DNA of 64,000 bases from positions 115,072,001 to 115,136,000 of the forward strand of contig OZ024740.1 in the NCBI GenBank assembly GCA_964016885.1, in the 5' to 3' direction. The notes beneath the pieces were generated by a model, which was not told the DNA's origin, ran no database searches, and worked only from the letters and a program-made list of their open reading frames with translations. The translations under genes and the position numbers were made by a program. The stretch is from Eledone cirrhosa (lineage: Eukaryota). Below, in pieces: positions 58,761-64,000 of this stretch (its first letter is position 1; each line of letters opens with the position of its first letter).

Positions 58761-59176
58761 GTTAAAAGAATAGAGGTGTAACACACAAGTTATTATATAT
58801 TGGTAAACGGAATAGAAAATGCTGACAAATTGTTCACAGTTGAAAATGGTTTAATTAGGAATAAAAGAGTATTAGTGATTGTATGGGTTAGTATTCAGTT
58901 GTGGTTTTAAGTTTTTAAATTTTTACCGGTTGCGCATTTCTAAATGCTTTTCAAAAATAATTTTGAGATAGAGTGTCCGTGCTGTTTGCTCTGATCTGCA
59001 CGGACACTCTATCTCAAAATTATTTTTGAAAAGCATTTAGAAATGCGCAACCGGTAAAAATTTAAAAACTTAAAACCACAACTGAATACTAACCCATACA
59101 ATCACTAATACTCTTTTATTCCTAATTAAACCATTTTCAACTGTGAACAATTTGTCAGCATTTTCTATTCCGTTTA

Positions 59177-59183
<7 letters not shown>
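58761..59183 (-). mobile_element. Foldback-plus-tail element with apparently identical ~187-bp arms
   Basis: 58796-58982 is the reverse complement of 58998-59183. Confidence 0.88.
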
Positions 59184-59254
<71 letters not shown>

Positions 59255-60324
59255 GAGAGAGAGAGAGAGAGAGAGATTATTGACGATGTAACGCATTTAT
59301 ACGAGATTTCTGTCAAAAACACCGATGTCTTCCAATCACTCACTTATTTTGTGTCGTAATACAAATAGGGTAATTTTTAATAAGGAATAACATTCATACA
59401 TTTATAGAAGAAAGAAGAGACGATTCGTATGGTATATAACCATGTTGCATCATAAGGTATCTTCGAGAGGTTTTGACCTCATATTTACAGCAAGCAAACC
59501 CAGTGAACCTCATCCATTTACAAGTTGTGCTTAGGGATAATAACATCAACTCAGCTCTTTAATGTAACGAAATACTAGTTAATTAAACAGGGTTCCTGCT
59601 GTTTACATCAGCAAGCTGTTCCAAATGGAACCAACTATCAACATTCAGGCTGAGTTGTTGAGTGTTAAGAACCTTAAATTTGAATAATAACACACAACTG
59701 ATATTAGGCGGATAAAAATCTTCGTTTCAGATGGATATACCTTTACTACTCAAATTATTTGGCTGGCCATGACTCCAGTTAATTATGTTGCAAATAGAAC
59801 ACTCAAATTATTAGAAAAGCCGCTATCGAGTCTCAACAAGTTATTTTGTTTTCCACTCCTACTAAATCTTACAAACCTTTATATATGGCGTTTTATTTCT
59901 ATATATTTTTATGAGTAAAGCTCTATTGGAAAAGTTTGAACCTTCTGGCATGTAATGCATATTGATAAGCTATGAGTAGTATAAAATACTATAGAGCAAC
60001 TTCAACAAACATGTCTTTTTTCCGCTCTTTCCAGTAGTATAGAAATTATTTAAGAGAAAGTCACACAGAAGTGTCCGCTGGTGCGTGTAAGATTATATAT
60101 CACGCTGAGATAACACCGTGCGACACGACACACGAAAAAAAAATCTTGTTAGATAAGACTAAAAATGTTTTCGCTTTCACACATGATTGTCAAAGAGTTT
60201 GCCAGAGATAGAATGTCAGGACCACCTGATGATGTTGATATATGTATATCTAAGTAGTTGTATATGTATACCCACATGAACACACACATACACACACACA
60301 TATATATACATATATATATGTACA

Positions 60325-60394
<70 letters not shown>

Positions 60395-60482
60395 TAGAAA
60401 TATATACATACATGCTGGTGTCTGTAAGAGTGCGTGTCTGTGTGTACGTCCGTGTAAGTTCATACACACACGCACACTCCAT

Positions 60483-60550
<68 letters not shown>

Positions 60551-61308
60551 CTGTGTGATTGTACGTATGTGTGCGTCCATAGACGCACACATATACACAC
60601 ACATGCGCACACATATATATGGTTATGTATGTAAACTCGTCTGTGTTTATATGTGTACATATATCAGGTATCTATATATGCATGTGTAATGGAACAGGAA
60701 AAAATATAGTCAGTGTTTGCTGACCACTAACCTATTCTGAACATATATGTATATTATTGATTATTTTCGCTTGTGATGGTGGTGTTGTCGGTGGCGTTGA
60801 TGGTGTAGTGTTGGTGTTGAAGAAAATAGAAAAATCTATTTATTGTGCCAACCAACTTATATGTCCACATTCTAGTTGTTATTTCGTATTTTTATATATA
60901 TATATTTATTTTTAAGGATTTCGATATTTTCTTGTGTATCCTTTGTGACAGTACATTTCTCAAAAATTCACTTCGATATCTTAAGTTTTCTACACCCATC
61001 TATTCGAGCCACTAATCCTCCTGTCATGATGTATTGCATGATTTACATTAAATTTACTCTTTATTCTTCCTGGGAAAGAATCGATAAGAAAGCCACCACA
61101 AAAATCTTAGCGTAACTAGAATCAAATCAAAAATAAATGTAGCTTCTATCTCAGTGTGTGTGTGAGTTTTTGAGTGTGTGTATGTGTGTGAGTGTATGCG
61201 TGTATCTGCATGTGTCTGTGTTAGATGAGGTTTAACTGAACAAATATTTTGTCATATTTTAGGATTAACTTAAAAGTAATATTATGGAAATTATTATCAT
61301 TATTATTT

Positions 61309-61356
<48 letters not shown>

Positions 61357-62558
61357 TACACTTTTATACACACACCACACCATATATATATATGGGTAGG
61401 GCTCAAAAACAACGCCAAAAGATGAGCTTCAGCCCCCCACCACCACCACGTGTTCATCGAACTGCTCTACGACGGTCCAACTGACCGTGCAGAGGATTAA
61501 GCCTGCAAAGAGCCCTGATAGCCGTAGGCTGGCAAAAGTCCTCGGATCAAAATGGAAGTATCTCGGGACTAGTGATGTATAAGTAATTGACTTAAGGATA
61601 TCTGACAGTCTGGTCGATCCAAAAATGTAAATATCTATGCCTGTTAACTTGTTCATATATAAGATATTATTTCCAAATCAAACTCCTTTATAATAAATGC
61701 CACTTTGAAACACATCGTAACATTTCACTTGCATGGATTTCCCTATTGGCATATGTTCATTTACAACATTTAAATAAAATATTTATTAAAATCAAATTAG
61801 GTTACTTTTTACATATAATCTTCTATGCGTTTTATGTTTTATGATATTACTACTCAAACAAAGTGGTATTCTATATAATTTGACATATTTTCCATTTACT
61901 ATTTAGGGATTAAACGTTTGCAAATATAATTGGATTAAAGCATCTACATTCATTTTTTTTTTTATGGGAGATTTAAACAATATCGCATGATTTTCTAATT
62001 TCATTCCTGAGAATTTATTAATTTCCTTTTTGCTTCAAAATAATTCCATTTTTCCATTTAGATTTGTAACGTACAATCATTTTAGCATTTAATTATATCG
62101 CCAATATGAGGACAGCCATTCTTTCCACATTAATATTCACTAACTGTATAGCTTTCGCGAAAATGAAGACAAGCAATAACTTGCCACGTGCTAATACGAT
62201 AATTCAAAATGGAATAGCAAGACAATTCTAGAATAGTAAGCACCCTCTTTATTATTTTACTCTTCCTCATTTTACTGGTTTCAATCGTTAGACTGCGTCT
62301 ATGCTAGAGCAATGCCTTAAAATTGATCATATCAACGCCTACGCATATATTTTCCAGCCTGGTCTTAATCTTACCGATCTCCTCATCGTAGAAGCACTAC
62401 GTTACGGGTTATTGTACAAGGTCGGGCACATACGCACATACACACACGCATGCATAAACACATATGCACACAAACACATACGCGCACACAGAAATATATA
62501 TACGTAAAAACAAGAAGTGTAAGTCAACAGGTTAATATTAACTTCGTTTATTGAATTC

Positions 62559-62617
62559 GTTGTTATATATATTTCGGTGATAACCATTATGTAACTGGTA
62601 TGACCTCATCAGGCAGC
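62559..62617 (-). ncRNA. Hammerhead in a pLTR fragment
   Basis: CTGATGA-GGTCA...CACC-GAAA-TATATA-TA; stem I is partly degenerate. Confidence 0.65.
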
Positions 62618-62764
62618 TAGAACTTGAACAGAAAAAAACAGAAAAACATAATGATGGAAGAAAGTTTACTTCTGTGATTTCGATCTTTTCATATGCCCGG
62701 TCCCGAAGTATGGTGTTGTTTTCTGAAAGAGCTGGTGGCATATATGTATATATATATATATATA

Positions 62765-63139
62765 TAGTATAAAGAAAACGAAAAATCAGTGATGCATCTA
62801 GACTTAATTTATTGCGTGTTACAATTGTTTCTCCGGCAGGTAGATCGAGACATGGTCCCTGTATAGATCTGGCTGACTCTACGGCTGCAGGTTCTTTCAG
62901 ACACGGGTATTTCGTTCGGAGCAAATTTTATCACTGAACCTGCAGCCGCAGAGTCAGCCAGATCCATACAGGGACCATGTCTCGAGCTACCTGCCGGCGA
63001 AACAATAGTAACACGCAATAAATTAAGTCCAGATGCATCACTGATTTTTCGTTTTCTTTATACTATCTACACTCTACTCTGCTCAATATCGAGTGCTAAT
63101 TTTGGCATACCGCCTATGGAAGCACCATAGCTACCATTA
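62765..63139 (+). mobile_element. Foldback-plus-tail element with a hammerhead remnant at 62815-62905 (family also 34435-34645)
   Basis: Arms 62765-62894 and 62936-63066; CGTGT-CTGAAAGA...GAAA-CAATTG-TA-ACACG. Confidence 0.78.
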
Positions 63140-63161
63140 TACACAACTATATATACACAAC

Positions 63162-63267
<106 letters not shown>

Positions 63268-63296
63268 TGTGTGTGTGTGGACACACACAAATATAC

Positions 63297-63328
<32 letters not shown>

Positions 63329-63367
63329 TTATACATTTCCTATATATACATATACATGTATATATAT

Positions 63368-63413
<46 letters not shown>

Positions 63414-64000
63414 ATATATATATATATATACATGCAGATATAAACTCTTCGCTAGAACAGCCGTTAAAAGAGCTAAATACTTTCAAAGACAGCTATGGAC
63501 AAAATTGCCTAACTGGACAGAGTCCAGTGGCCAGTTGTCAACAGGGAGACAATCCACAAGGTGGGTGACATGCAGATGAAATATAGAAAAGATTGAAAGA
63601 GTAGGACGAGGAGATGTGCGTTGGTGCATAGAATTGGCAGGAAGAAGGAAATAAAGAAAGGTGATGTACAAGACAAGTTGACACACACATCTTCACCCTC
63701 CTCAGCAAAATCATTTCTCCCGATTTAATTGAGTGTAGCATTTTAAAATGCTGGATGATACAACAGAAAAATAAATCTTTCTATTAGTATACACTTTCGT
63801 TTCGTCTCGATCAGTGAAAACATTGTTTATTCATTATATATGTACAACGAACTTCTGAAGTTTCCATCTCCTAAATTCCACTCATCATTCTACCGATTCT
63901 AAGAAAAATGGCATTTCCGAAATCTGCCGCGCACTGGAACTAAACGTGGAATTGAATTCAAAAGCTGCGAATTGAATTCCAAAACCGCTCTGGCAGTATT

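Noticed and set aside
61400-61656. GC-richer unique segment with a 75-aa ORF
   Set aside because: No motif recognised, so an exon call cannot be supported without homology or RNA data.

Overview
This is AT-rich, microsatellite-saturated eukaryotic (animal) DNA. The SINE family and repeat landscape suggest an octopod cephalopod, which is an inference. I found no convincing host gene; most listed ORFs are (TA)n/(CA)n/(GA)n translation artefacts. The window is almost entirely mobile-element DNA: three coding Penelope-like element (PLE) relics (two Naiad-like, one Neptune-like with ~1.75 kb inverted arms), a mariner relic, RTE-type LINE 3' ends, about ten tRNA-derived SINE copies and about seven non-autonomous Helitron-like elements. 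The main signal is non-coding. By manual reading there are about 30 type-I hammerhead ribozyme motifs from well over a dozen sequence families. They sit in short foldback or tandem units, most of them flanked by (TA)n tracts. They include retrozyme-like tandem monomers (~436, ~489 and ~594 bp) and two families with the compensatory U3-A8 core variant. Unrelated families share a 3' ACTC...GAGT tail hairpin, and several carry octamer, NRF1 or CCAAT motifs upstream of the ribozyme. All coordinates were read by eye and may be off by a few bases.
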